Shown in pieces: positions 47,683 through 57,198 of a stretch of 64,000 bases of DNA (positions are counted from its first letter, which is position 1; each line of letters begins with the position of its first letter). A model generated the notes under the pieces. That model was not told the DNA's origin and did not search any database. It saw nothing but the letters and a program-made list of their open reading frames with translations. This stretch comes from Bacteroidales bacterium. GTDB taxonomy: Bacteria; Bacteroidota; Bacteroidia; Bacteroidales; UBA4417. Both the position numbers and the translations under genes were made by a program. Location of the stretch: positions 3,919,293 to 3,983,292 of the forward strand of contig OY762227.1 in the NCBI GenBank assembly GCA_963665485.1, in the 5' to 3' direction.

Positions 47683-48672
47683 TTATTTGCCTAGCATTGC
47701 TTTTAACACTTTGAAATCAACCGCATTCTGTATACCGGCGATATTCTCTTCAAATACGCGATCTCCATGCGCTATTTTATAAACCACGTAAAAAAACTGC
47801 GGAACTGATTTGGGCAATTTCTTATTGTAATAACTCAGATCTGGCTTTACGGCAATAAAACTTCCTTTAGTTCCTTCGTCAACAAAGCATGAAAATCGTT
47901 CTTCATCGTTCCATTTGCAAATAGCAGGCATGCTCAACTCCTGTTCGGGTTTCGATAATTCGTTATCAATGTTCTTCATGAACTGCTTATAGTAATCCGA
48001 GCTGCTTGGGTCGTCCTTCATGGTTTTCTCCAGTCTTTTCTTCTGGATTAAAAGGTATTCTTTACGATTTACGTAATAAAACGGAAGTTTGTTATCATAT
48101 GTAATCAGCCAGCGGTATTCAATAGTTTTATTCTCCAACCAGTCGCCACCAACAACTTCTTCACCCATATACCAGAAGCCATCTTTCAGTTGTGGTTTTT
48201 CTTTTAGTTTTAAATATCCCCTGAAGTCGTCATCCGGAAGGTCGGCGGCAAAAAGATTATTGAGCGACCAGATTGCATTGGCGGTTACTGTTACTGTAGT
48301 TGGAGTAGAAATATCGACATAGTATTTTAATTTATCAGCGTTTTTCTGATCACATATATACCTGAGAATGTACATATTGTAAGCAAAGTTATCGGCGATC
48401 CAGTTTTTGCCAGAAGCCGGACTGGCGCCACTAAAAGCATTGCTGTAGCTAACCTGGCAACCTTTGGGGGTGTAACCGCCAGATATCATTTTATGAATGT
48501 TTGCAAGTACGGCTTTTTCCTTCACCAGATCCGTAGCGCTAACGTTTGGGGTGGAGCCTTTTATTCCGGCTTTCCAGGTACCGGGCTTTTCGGCCAGTAA
48601 TTCCTGCGAGCAATCCTGTGCTGATGAAGCAAGCACAATCATCATAGCTGGTAACAATATCAGATATTTCAT
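47683..48672 (-). CDS. Exported hypothetical protein (329 aa)
   Basis: It has signal peptide MKYLILLPAMMIVLASSAQ. I recognise no family. The start lies 14 nt after the upstream stop. Confidence 0.55.
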   Translation of the reverse strand: MKYLILLPAMMIVLASSAQDCSQELLAEKPGTWKAGIKGSTPNVSATDLVKEKAVLANIHKMISGGYTPKGCQVSYSNAFSGASPASGKNWIADNFAYNMYILRYICDQKNADKLKYYVDISTPTTVTVTANAIWSLNNLFAADLPDDDFRGYLKLKEKPQLKDGFWYMGEEVVGGDWLENKTIEYRWLITYDNKLPFYYVNRKEYLLIQKKRLEKTMKDDPSSSDYYKQFMKNIDNELSKPEQELSMPAICKWNDEERFSCFVDEGTKGSFIAVKPDLSYYNKKLPKSVPQFFYVVYKIAHGDRVFEENIAGIQNAVDFKVLKAMLGK

Positions 48673-48686
48673 TTTTTTTGAAATTA

Positions 48687-50831
48687 TTACTTTTTAAAAA
48701 CGCCATCCAGAATTCCTGTACTTTCAACAGATGATTTGCCGCTGACCAAACTAATTTCTCCTTTAACACCAGCTTCAACGGATAAATCGCTCACCCCAAC
48801 ACCTGATTGACTGCCACCCTCTATAATATCGGTACCAACACTTACACCGGCCTGTGTTTTTACAATTACATCAGTTAATCCCGAACGATCAAATTCAGCC
48901 CTCATTGCAACCCCTATTGATGCTTCGGCTTTTAATACTCCGCCATTGAATCCTGCTGATTCCCCTGCCCCTATTTCAACAGAACAAGACATAAACTGGT
49001 CGCTAAAGTTGTCCAATGCGGAGCCTTCATTGGTTCCTTTATCCATATTCTGTTTTAACCCGAGTTTAATAATTTTCAAGTCGAGTTCACTTGTTACCCT
49101 GCTGCAATCCACATTAATTTTGCCAATGGGCAATTTTAATTCGCTGTGATATTCACAATGTACATCATCAAAATCCTGAAGTACAAATTTGCCTGGCTCA
49201 TTGTCCTGACTTTTAATACAATAAATGCTTTTGTCTTTAAACATTACTCTTTGTCCTGAAATTGCGCTCAACCATTGTATTTTTGCAGTTACTTTTTCGA
49301 CTTCAAATTCTTCGGGCCACTTAGTATATTGGTCGTAATAAATCTGGTTAATTAATTTCCGGCGCAAGAAATTCAGGTAGTCAGTCTGAGTTTGTCGCAA
49401 GAGTGTATTCGAATTAACCAGAAACAATTCGTTTACCCCGTTGTAATCACTGCAGGCCTGGCCAAAAGGATTTGACTTGCCTTCGCCAAACTTATCCTCG
49501 TACTTTTCATTCAATTCTTTAACACTATTACCACAAATCTGGCTGAGGCTGTCAACTGAATTCATTACCTGAATTAGCGCAGCATTTTTTTGTTGCATGG
49601 CAAATTCAAGATGTCCGTCTCTATCATCCACCAGGTAACCCAATTTTTTCATAGCCTTACTGGCCAAAGGAGGAAACAATGATCCATTTTGTCCTTTCGA
49701 CCCGGCTTTTAGTAACTGTTGAGTGCGCACCTGCCTGATTGAATTCAGGGCATCCTGCAACTTTTCCTCCTGGCTTTCCAGATTTGCTATTTCGTCGGCA
49801 CAAGCGTTTTTGAATTCATGCCACTTCTTTTCAAGAATTTCGCTTTCTTCTACATTTTGTGGATAATCGGGCCAGTTAAACTTTTCCAATCCAAGCGGAT
49901 CCTGAGGCATTTGTTTATCCCAGCCGATATCTTTGCTTTCCAGCTCATAACCTAATTTATACAACCTGTTTTCCTTTTCGGTAGTGTAACCTGCTTTTAT
50001 ACTGGCCAATGCAGCTTCCACGGCTCCTTGTGTATTTCCTTTGCTTTCTTCAATAAATGATTTGGTGTAATTGGCCTGTGGATGAGAAGCACAGATACGG
50101 ATTGTACTATCGAGATATTTTTCGGATTTTTCGATGTCGCCAAGCCCAAACCAAGCCTGTCCGAGGTTATTCAGAATAGTGCTGTTTGCGGGAGAACGCT
50201 TGTTCACATAATTTAAAATCGGTATTGACAATTGCTCTGCACCTGCCATTGCCAACATAGCGCCATAATTGTTCATATTATTCGTATTGGATGGATCATC
50301 GATACACGACTTTCCTATGACGTAAATTGCCAGTTCGGGTTTACCCATCATCCATAGGCCGGCTGCAGTATTTCCGGTTTCTACAGCCGAATTATGTTCT
50401 GCTTTAATGAGTTTGTATATTTCTTCAGCTGTTGAATTTGCATCAGGTTTCAGGACTGCAATTACTTTATTATGAGTTGCTAAAAGAAATGCTGGCAACG
50501 TAGCATTTGTCAAAGGCGTTTTGGAGATGCTGGCAATCCTCGCTGCATCCTTGTCCGGGATTATCCTCAAAGATGCAGTAGCTCCTTCCTGCAGTTGCAT
50601 GTCGGTAAAATCCGGAAGAGTATTCATTGCCGGCAATGATACACCCATACTATCCATCATCTTTTTATCTTCAGGACTCATATTGTCCAATTCTTTCTGT
50701 ACGTCTTCCATCATCTCCTGCATTTCTTTTTGAGTCGGGGCTTTCTCGGCCGGGGTCTTCGCAGGCTTTGCTTGTGGAAATGCCGTGACTATTGCCAGCA
50801 GGAATAAAGAAATGGATAGCAACTTTTTCAT
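48687..50831 (-). CDS. Exported hypothetical protein (714 aa) with TPR-like repeats, a coiled-coil segment and a Gly/Ser/Val-rich beta C-terminus
   Basis: The ATG at 50831 gives signal peptide MKKLLSISLFLLAIVTAFPQA. The track start at 51044 overlaps the upstream gene and I reject it. The TPR-like stretch is NNYGAMLAMAGAEQLSIPILNYV..ILNNLGQAWFGLGDIEKSEKYL. The tail is ..GVSVGTDIIEGGSQSGVGVSDLSVEAGVKGEISLVSGKSS. Confidence 0.55.
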   Translation of the reverse strand: MKKLLSISLFLLAIVTAFPQAKPAKTPAEKAPTQKEMQEMMEDVQKELDNMSPEDKKMMDSMGVSLPAMNTLPDFTDMQLQEGATASLRIIPDKDAARIASISKTPLTNATLPAFLLATHNKVIAVLKPDANSTAEEIYKLIKAEHNSAVETGNTAAGLWMMGKPELAIYVIGKSCIDDPSNTNNMNNYGAMLAMAGAEQLSIPILNYVNKRSPANSTILNNLGQAWFGLGDIEKSEKYLDSTIRICASHPQANYTKSFIEESKGNTQGAVEAALASIKAGYTTEKENRLYKLGYELESKDIGWDKQMPQDPLGLEKFNWPDYPQNVEESEILEKKWHEFKNACADEIANLESQEEKLQDALNSIRQVRTQQLLKAGSKGQNGSLFPPLASKAMKKLGYLVDDRDGHLEFAMQQKNAALIQVMNSVDSLSQICGNSVKELNEKYEDKFGEGKSNPFGQACSDYNGVNELFLVNSNTLLRQTQTDYLNFLRRKLINQIYYDQYTKWPEEFEVEKVTAKIQWLSAISGQRVMFKDKSIYCIKSQDNEPGKFVLQDFDDVHCEYHSELKLPIGKINVDCSRVTSELDLKIIKLGLKQNMDKGTNEGSALDNFSDQFMSCSVEIGAGESAGFNGGVLKAEASIGVAMRAEFDRSGLTDVIVKTQAGVSVGTDIIEGGSQSGVGVSDLSVEAGVKGEISLVSGKSSVESTGILDGVFKK

Positions 50832-50886
50832 TGGCAGAATTTTTGAAAGTGGTAAAATATTGATTCGACTCTTATATCTTATCATT

Positions 50887-51399
50887 TTAGAAAGCAGTCC
50901 ATGCAATATTTCTTTCGGAATCCCATCCGTTTTTAGCAGAAACAGTAAGTCCTCCGGTTTTACTGTTGGTATAATAAGTCCAGCCGATCCGGACAGCTCT
51001 GAGCACAACCTGTGTAACCATTTGACCATTTGCATCCTGCACATCGTCGCAACTTTCCACTTTGATATTTTCCATATTGATTTTATACACTATCACCACA
51101 CGATCGCTGCTCCGGGTTGTTACAGTAACTTCTCCATTAGGAAGTAATTGTTTGGAATTGATACCTGCACGCAATTCGCCTGATGCAGGGCCGACGGGCA
51201 TGGTAAAACTTATATGGGTATCATTACTGGCGGAGTTGCTTTGAAATGGATACGCTTCAATTTGTCGTTCGAATCCTTTTGCTACAGAATTTCCTTTGAT
51301 GGGGAGGCCGGTAGTGCCCGTGAGTTTTATGTAAGCATTGTTTTTCTGGCTGAATGCAATTGCCGGCAGAAGTAATAAAACAGACAGTAACTTTTTCAT
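50887..51399 (-). CDS. Exported Hcp-like (T6SS tube / tail-tube fold) protein
   Basis: 170 aa with signal peptide MKKLLSVLLLLPAIAFSQ. The mature part follows the Hcp pattern: AYIKLTGT..IKGNSVAKGFERQIEAYPF at the N-terminus, ISFTMPVGPASGELRAGINSKQLLP..VTV in the middle, VYKINMENIKVES, and RIGWTYY....GG.....NGWDSERN at the C-terminus. Compare P. aeruginosa Hcp1 (recalled from memory): FIKIGDVKGES..H..EIDVL.WSW, LSFTKYIDKSTPNLMMACSSGKHYP, YLIITLKEVLVSS and YGWNIRQN. Confidence 0.55.
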   Translation of the reverse strand: MKKLLSVLLLLPAIAFSQKNNAYIKLTGTTGLPIKGNSVAKGFERQIEAYPFQSNSASNDTHISFTMPVGPASGELRAGINSKQLLPNGEVTVTTRSSDRVVIVYKINMENIKVESCDDVQDANGQMVTQVVLRAVRIGWTYYTNSKTGGLTVSAKNGWDSERNIAWTAF

Positions 51400-51429
51400 T
51401 TTCTGATTTTTAGGGAGTGATTAATGACA

Positions 51430-53025
51430 TTATTTAATTGGATTAAAAAGATCGCTGAACCTTGTTCCGGCAATACCGGTATATGAAGCAAAAATTCCGC
51501 TCGACTGGAACCTGCTATCCAGTTTCGGGCACATACCAAAAACTACATAACTGGCATTTATTGACATGACCGGTTGTGTCGTCAAGCAACCATCATTCCC
51601 GGTTGTAACTGCTCGTGTTTCGCCGGTTGCGGTATTATGCATAAAGAAATTGTAATCAGGCGCACCCAGGTTTTTTGCTTTTGAATTAAAGGCAATCCAT
51701 TTCCCATCGAAACTGATAGCTACTTTTTCCCCCTGGCCTATCGGGCTATCGCCGTTTCCTTCTATTCCTTTAGAGTCAATGCTTACGCGAACAACAGTAT
51801 CTTTTTCAGTATCAACAACAAATATATCCTGGGAATTATTATTATCGTTGGGAACCAGGTTGGTGGCCGTAGTGGCAAATGCAACATACCGGCCATTGCC
51901 CGAAATAGAAGGCTTAACATCGCGTGTGGCGCTTTCATTTCCCTGGTTTCGTTCGTCACCATTATAAGTAAGGCTGATCCGCTTGAGCGGTTTATTTTTG
52001 CTATAAAGAAAAATATCCCAGAAATCGTTGTTATCTCCTCTTACAAGGTTAGGTGAAGCCGAGTGAAATGCAATTCTGGTGCTGTCGCCTGAAACCATGC
52101 TAATAGATGGTCTTGATCCGCCACCGCCTTTCTTCGTATTGTAATCTACACTGATCAGTTTTTGTTCACCAGTAGCCAGGTTGCACCAGTACACATTAAC
52201 CATTGATCCTGCATCAACTCCGGGAACAAGGTTTGTGGCTGAAGAAGTATAGGCTATTTCATCGGTTGATAGCGAAGGTTCGAAACTTTCGCCATTTGCC
52301 TCAACGCCATTCGGTCCGATGCTTACACGCTTTATTTCTCCTGTAGCGCTAGCCCATACAAAAACATCCTTAAACCCGTTTTTATCTCCATCCACCAGAT
52401 TGGTTGCATTCGACTCGAAAGCTACTGTACGACCATCCATTGACATGGAAGGAGCATAACTGTCGTTGTCGCCCTCCTCGCCTTTCGTGCCGCGACTAAC
52501 AAGGATTGTTTTACCGGTATTACGATCGCGCCAGAAAATCTGCCTGTGTTTACCGGTTGTTCCACAAAATTTTTCACTGTTGGAAACGAAGGCCACATAT
52601 CGCCCTTCCTCATTATTACTTCCGGCAACAACAGGCGCACTGCTTTCATAAAAAGTGCTGAAATTTGCATCCTTGGTGCTTCGGCTTACAAGATCATATT
52701 TATAATCGCATTCAATTTTTACATTGCCATTTTGTGGCATTACACCCTGCCCGCTGGTAATTCTACACACCATCCCGGCTGGTACAGTCTTTACTAAAAC
52801 ATTAAATTTTGCTCCTACCGGGATGGGTTTCGTGAATTTAAAAACATTCCTGCTGAATGTTCCAGTATCCTTTTTTGCTATCAGCGAAAGAATATCCGTG
52901 CCATTTTGCAAAACAATTGACGTGCCCGGAGGCGCTACAAAAATCCCATTAACTGAAGATCCTGTCTGTGCGTGCAACTGAATAATTACAATACACAGAA
53001 TTAATAAAGAGGCTAGTTTTTTCAT
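51430..53025 (-). CDS. Exported beta-propeller protein with PD40/TolB-like repeats
   Basis: 531 aa with signal peptide MKKLASLLILCIVIIQLHAQ. The repeated unit is ..G..(V/I)AF.S.ATNLV.GD.N...D(V/I)F(V/L)......G...RVS(I/V)...G.E.NG.S..PS(I/M)S.DG, about 6-7 copies. Confidence 0.7.
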   Translation of the reverse strand: MKKLASLLILCIVIIQLHAQTGSSVNGIFVAPPGTSIVLQNGTDILSLIAKKDTGTFSRNVFKFTKPIPVGAKFNVLVKTVPAGMVCRITSGQGVMPQNGNVKIECDYKYDLVSRSTKDANFSTFYESSAPVVAGSNNEEGRYVAFVSNSEKFCGTTGKHRQIFWRDRNTGKTILVSRGTKGEEGDNDSYAPSMSMDGRTVAFESNATNLVDGDKNGFKDVFVWASATGEIKRVSIGPNGVEANGESFEPSLSTDEIAYTSSATNLVPGVDAGSMVNVYWCNLATGEQKLISVDYNTKKGGGGSRPSISMVSGDSTRIAFHSASPNLVRGDNNDFWDIFLYSKNKPLKRISLTYNGDERNQGNESATRDVKPSISGNGRYVAFATTATNLVPNDNNNSQDIFVVDTEKDTVVRVSIDSKGIEGNGDSPIGQGEKVAISFDGKWIAFNSKAKNLGAPDYNFFMHNTATGETRAVTTGNDGCLTTQPVMSINASYVVFGMCPKLDSRFQSSGIFASYTGIAGTRFSDLFNPIK

Positions 53026-53124
53026 TTTATATACTTATGTTTATTTCTTTTTGTCTGATATGCTGTGAATTAAAACAATCCATATCACTTTTAGTTAATT
53101 CTTAAAATGCAACTATTCTTATGC

Positions 53125-54525
53125 TTAAGGTCGGCTTTTTGCGATTTTTATCGTTTGTGGATTCCCGTCCCCGTCAGATGAAAATGTCAAAAAATACAAT
53201 CCTGCCGGTTGGTTTTCAAGTGTTATTTTATCTGAATTATTTCCATTTTTTTTATCTGACTTATATTCTGAAATCAGCTGACCCTGGCAATTCACCAATC
53301 TTATTAGTACATGAGAATTATGATGCAATTTATAATCGATATTTAAAAAATCACTGGTTGGATTTGGATACGCATTGATTGACAAATTATCTGCTTTGGT
53401 TTCTGAAACACCCATAAATGCAGGGCAGCTAACTTCTATCGGGATGAGTGAGCTTACGTTAGTCCCGTTACCAAACTGGCTCGAAACATTAGTTCCCCAG
53501 GCATATAATTTATTATCATTTTTTATAACCAACGAAAGGTAGTATCCGCAGGAAACAGATAACAGATTTGTTATATTTACAAGTTTCGGAATATTAAAAT
53601 TAGCATCATTGTTTATCCCCAGCGCTCCATTCTGGCCGTTCCCCCAAGCCCAAACAGTTCCACTGGTTTTTTGTGCAACTACATGTTCGGGGCCGCAAGC
53701 TATAATTTGCCAATCTGTAGCATTTCCAATTTTTGTGGGTACAAATTTGCCAACATTGGTGCCATCACCTAATTGGCCATAATAATTGTCGCCCCAGGTC
53801 CAAAGTGTGCCATCCGTTTTTATGCCTACAGTAAAATATTTCCCAACGGAGATTGCAGACCAGTCTGCAGATGTACCAACCTGCACAAATGTATTTCTGT
53901 TAGTGGTGGTTCCATCACCCAACTGACCCAGGTTATTCCGGCCACAGCCCCAAAGCGTTCCATCTTGTTTTATTGCAAACGTATTGAAAGGTCCGGCATA
54001 AACTTTTTGCCAGTTTGTTGCCAGGTCGACTTGGGTTGGCGTATTAAGCGAGGTATTAATAATTCCACCATTTCCAAGCTGACCATACTCATCACTCCCC
54101 CAGGTCCATAATGTTCCATCTGTTTTAACAGCAGTTGAATGATTTGCACCGGCTGCTATTCCAGCCCAATCAGATGATGTACCAACCTGTATAAGTCTCG
54201 AAGTATCTGTAACAGAAGCAACACCAATTTGTCCTGTGCCGTTGTGTCCCCAGGCCCAGATAGTTCCATCGGTTTTAAGACCAAGCGAATGACTAAGTCC
54301 GCACGAAGCAACTTGCCATGAAGAACCATCGATAAACGCAGGAGTTGTTCTCAATACAAGAGTCCCATCGCCTAATTCTCCATTATAATTTGCTCCCCAC
54401 GCCCAGAGTTTCCCGTCAATATCAATTGCCAGTGCATGGTAATCGCCGGCTGAAATTTTGCTCCAGCATTGTGCCTTTGCATTTATGCTTGCTATGAGAA
54501 ACAAAAAAAACATTATTTTTTTCAT
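53125..54525 (-). CDS. RCC1-repeat beta-propeller protein with a T9SS type-A C-terminal sorting domain
   Basis: 466 aa with signal peptide MKKIMFFLFLIASINAKAQ. It has seven RCC1-like blades (KTDGTLWTWG.N.YGQLGDGT). The C-terminus is LSINAYPNPTSDFLNIDY..LVNCQGQLISEY......AGLYFLTFSSD. Confidence 0.85.
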   Translation of the reverse strand: MKKIMFFLFLIASINAKAQCWSKISAGDYHALAIDIDGKLWAWGANYNGELGDGTLVLRTTPAFIDGSSWQVASCGLSHSLGLKTDGTIWAWGHNGTGQIGVASVTDTSRLIQVGTSSDWAGIAAGANHSTAVKTDGTLWTWGSDEYGQLGNGGIINTSLNTPTQVDLATNWQKVYAGPFNTFAIKQDGTLWGCGRNNLGQLGDGTTTNRNTFVQVGTSADWSAISVGKYFTVGIKTDGTLWTWGDNYYGQLGDGTNVGKFVPTKIGNATDWQIIACGPEHVVAQKTSGTVWAWGNGQNGALGINNDANFNIPKLVNITNLLSVSCGYYLSLVIKNDNKLYAWGTNVSSQFGNGTNVSSLIPIEVSCPAFMGVSETKADNLSINAYPNPTSDFLNIDYKLHHNSHVLIRLVNCQGQLISEYKSDKKNGNNSDKITLENQPAGLYFLTFSSDGDGNPQTIKIAKSRP

Positions 54526-54836
54526 AGTCCATGGGGTTTTAGGTTTTTCTGTTTAAGTCTGATTGAAGTAGTTGATATTTCGCATAATTTACCCGTATGC
54601 GTTTTCAATTTGGAAGCTAATTAACTATCTATCTGCTTGTTCTTACGCTACGACAACATTTCATTTTCTAACATTCCGAATTGTACTGATAGCTTAATGA
54701 TAGCTGATTTATTATTCTGAGTATTCTTTTCGGTTAAAACAAATCATCTTTCAGGTTACAATGCATTTCCGGCTCTTAGCAATAACAAATGCAAATATCT
54801 GACTATATAAGTCCGTTCCATATCCTGTAAAAACAC

Positions 54837-54844
54837 TATATTTG
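54837..54844 (+). promoter_or_regulatory. TAnnTTTG -7-type promoter motif upstream of the sensor kinase gene
   Basis: tatatttg lies in the 443-nt divergent intergenic region, 124 nt before the first possible start at 54969. Confidence 0.3.
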
Positions 54845-54968
54845 TCTAAGGATCTCAAAATCATGGAAAAACAGGATACTCACTGCTCCGCTAATTGATT
54901 TATTTTGCATCAACGGAACAGTAATTCATTGTGATTAGAGATACAAAAAAATATTAGCCTATATAAAC

Positions 54969-56999
54969 ATGTTTTCACTTCTGCCATTAAACACATATTT
55001 TCATATGTTTAAAACCGATCATATTATGCTGAACCGGCATCACTTAATCCAAATGGTTAAAAGAATTTTAATCATATGCGCCGTCATTTTGCTTTCGGGA
55101 AATATTGTTTCGGCACAAAAGCAAGTGGTTGACAGCCTTACAAAAGAGCTAAAAAAAAACCTGGCTGATACTTCAAAAGCATTAGATCTTATGCGCCTTG
55201 CAATTGCATATGAGGGTATTGATACTTCCAAATCTGCTCATCTCTACAAAGAAGCAATCGCTTTCGGCAGAAAGAAGAAACTAACCTATTTAACTGGCCG
55301 CATATACTATAACCAGGCGCTATTATTTAAAGCTGGCTCCAAATATGCGGATGGTAATAAAAGCCTGGATAGCGCTATGTACTTATACACTCATGCAAAA
55401 GCGCCTGATGTTCAATTCCGTGTAGCGCAGGTTTATACCGAAAAATCTACGCTTGCACGCTATGCCGGCGACTACAAAAAAGCTTCATCGGAATTGCTGA
55501 AAGCAATCGATATTTTTACAAAGCTCGAAAAATACAGAAGTCTGCTTATTGCATACATCAATCTTGCTTCTATTTATAAGGAAATGAATGAATTTGAAAT
55601 TGAGGCAAAATATGCAAAAAAAGCAATTGACGTAGCACGCAAAACCGGAAAACCCGAAGATTTTTTTATAACGTATTCAAATGTCGCTCTTGCGTTAACC
55701 ATGATGAATGATTATAAACGAGCCGATATGTTTATCGATTCCGCAACGAAAAATTATTCGGATAACTATATGTTCGACAGGCTGGTAACCTTTCATTTAA
55801 TTGCTGGACTAATTGACATGAATCTCAAAAAAATGCAATTGGCAGAGAATCATTTTAAAGAATGCTATAAAATTTCGGAACAGAATAAATTTGAATTCGG
55901 GATAATACAATCGCGCCTGCAACTTTCTAGAGTACTAACATTAGAGAAAAAATTCGGAGAAGCTGAGCCATTGCTGTTATCCGTGTATGCTGAAGTAAAG
56001 AAATCCAATGAGTCAAGCCACCTGCTTACAACTTTGGATTACCTCTCCCGCTTTTATGAGGAATCAGGCAATTATAAACCTGCACTTAGTTATTACAAGG
56101 AATTTAAGACACTCACTGATTCAGTTTCCAGCATACAAAACAAAGAATACATGTCGGGGCTGGAAGTAAAGTACGATGTAGCCACCAAAGAAAACCTGCT
56201 GATGAGCCAGAAGGCTCAGCTGTTAAAAAGGCGGAACTTTGCTTATCTGCTTTCAGGATTTTTAGTAACATCCTTATTAACAGTGCTTTTCCTGATTTTA
56301 AACTTCAAACACAAACAGAAAATTCAGCAGCAACGCATTAATGAACTTGAGAAAGAAAAACAACTTGAAGCCGCCGAAGCAGTTGTTAAAGGCGAAGAAC
56401 TGGAAAGATCGCGCCTTGCCAGAGATCTGCACGATGGATTAGGAGGTATGCTAAGCGGAATAAAACATTCATTTGCAACTATGAAAGGAAATTTAATAAT
56501 GACGCCTGACAACGTGCAGGCTTTCGAACGCAGCATGGATATGCTGGATAGTTCCATAAAAGAAATGCGCCGGGTGGCTCATAATATGATGCCTGAAGCC
56601 CTTATCAGGTTCGGACTGGATACCGCGCTGAAGGATTTCTGCAACGAAATTAACCAAAGCGGAGTTTTAAAAGTCAACTACCAATCCATTGGTATTGAAG
56701 GTGTTGTAACTGATTCGACAATTACAATAACCCTTTACCGTATTGTGCAGGAATTACTGAATAACGTAATGAAACATGCCGGTGCAACTTCAGCCATTGT
56801 GCAGGTAACAAAATCGAATGAGTTGTTGTCGCTTACCGTTGAAGATGACGGAAAAGGATTCGATACCAGTATTTTGAAAATGAATAAAGGAATTGGATGG
56901 GTAAATATTCAGAACCGTGTTGATTTTTTGCAAGGTAAACTGGATATCCGCTCCAAAGAAGGAGAAGGAACTTCGGTGCAGATTGATTTGAATACTTAG
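54969..56999 (+). CDS. Sensor histidine kinase with a TPR-repeat sensor region, one TM helix, and HisKA_3 plus HATPase_c domains
   Basis: It has a TPR-like repeat region of about 350 aa and the TM helix FAYLLSGFLVTSLLTVLFLILNF. The H-box is ERSRLARDLHDGLGGMLSG, and the ATPase motifs are ELLNNVMKHAGA..VEDDGKGF..GIGWVNIQNRV..GEGTSV. The true start may be ATG 55053 (MVKRILIICAVILLSGNIVSAQ). Confidence 0.85.
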   Translation: MFSLLPLNTYFHMFKTDHIMLNRHHLIQMVKRILIICAVILLSGNIVSAQKQVVDSLTKELKKNLADTSKALDLMRLAIAYEGIDTSKSAHLYKEAIAFGRKKKLTYLTGRIYYNQALLFKAGSKYADGNKSLDSAMYLYTHAKAPDVQFRVAQVYTEKSTLARYAGDYKKASSELLKAIDIFTKLEKYRSLLIAYINLASIYKEMNEFEIEAKYAKKAIDVARKTGKPEDFFITYSNVALALTMMNDYKRADMFIDSATKNYSDNYMFDRLVTFHLIAGLIDMNLKKMQLAENHFKECYKISEQNKFEFGIIQSRLQLSRVLTLEKKFGEAEPLLLSVYAEVKKSNESSHLLTTLDYLSRFYEESGNYKPALSYYKEFKTLTDSVSSIQNKEYMSGLEVKYDVATKENLLMSQKAQLLKRRNFAYLLSGFLVTSLLTVLFLILNFKHKQKIQQQRINELEKEKQLEAAEAVVKGEELERSRLARDLHDGLGGMLSGIKHSFATMKGNLIMTPDNVQAFERSMDMLDSSIKEMRRVAHNMMPEALIRFGLDTALKDFCNEINQSGVLKVNYQSIGIEGVVTDSTITITLYRIVQELLNNVMKHAGATSAIVQVTKSNELLSLTVEDDGKGFDTSILKMNKGIGWVNIQNRVDFLQGKLDIRSKEGEGTSVQIDLNT

Positions 57000-57198
57000 G
57001 AATCAGTCTCGGAAGCACGAAAACGAATGACAGGTTTATGGAGAAAACTGTAGCTTTAAACCGATCCACTCCAAAGGAGAACGCTTTGAAATTAGGCATC
57101 AAAACTGATGGAAAATATCGGCAAATCACCTTTCTTCTCTACTTACAAGAAAAATTAAAATCTCATCAAAAAGAGAACCAGCTAAAACAGACTCATCC

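Noticed and set aside
50832-51044. N-terminal extension of the 785-aa ORF (track start 51044)
   Set aside because: The extension overlaps the 3' end of the upstream Hcp-like gene and has no signal peptide. The internal ATG at 50831 gives a canonical signal peptide right after the upstream stop.
53121-53378. 85-aa plus-strand ORF
   Set aside because: It is antisense to the C-terminal T9SS sorting domain of the RCC1-repeat gene.
46529-54525. Interpreting the Hcp-like gene as marking a type VI secretion locus
   Set aside because: No TssB/TssC sheath, VgrG, PAAR, baseplate, TssR/N/O/P or ClpV-like ATPase genes are present in the window, and the protein has a Sec signal peptide. I therefore report it as an orphan exported Hcp-like protein.
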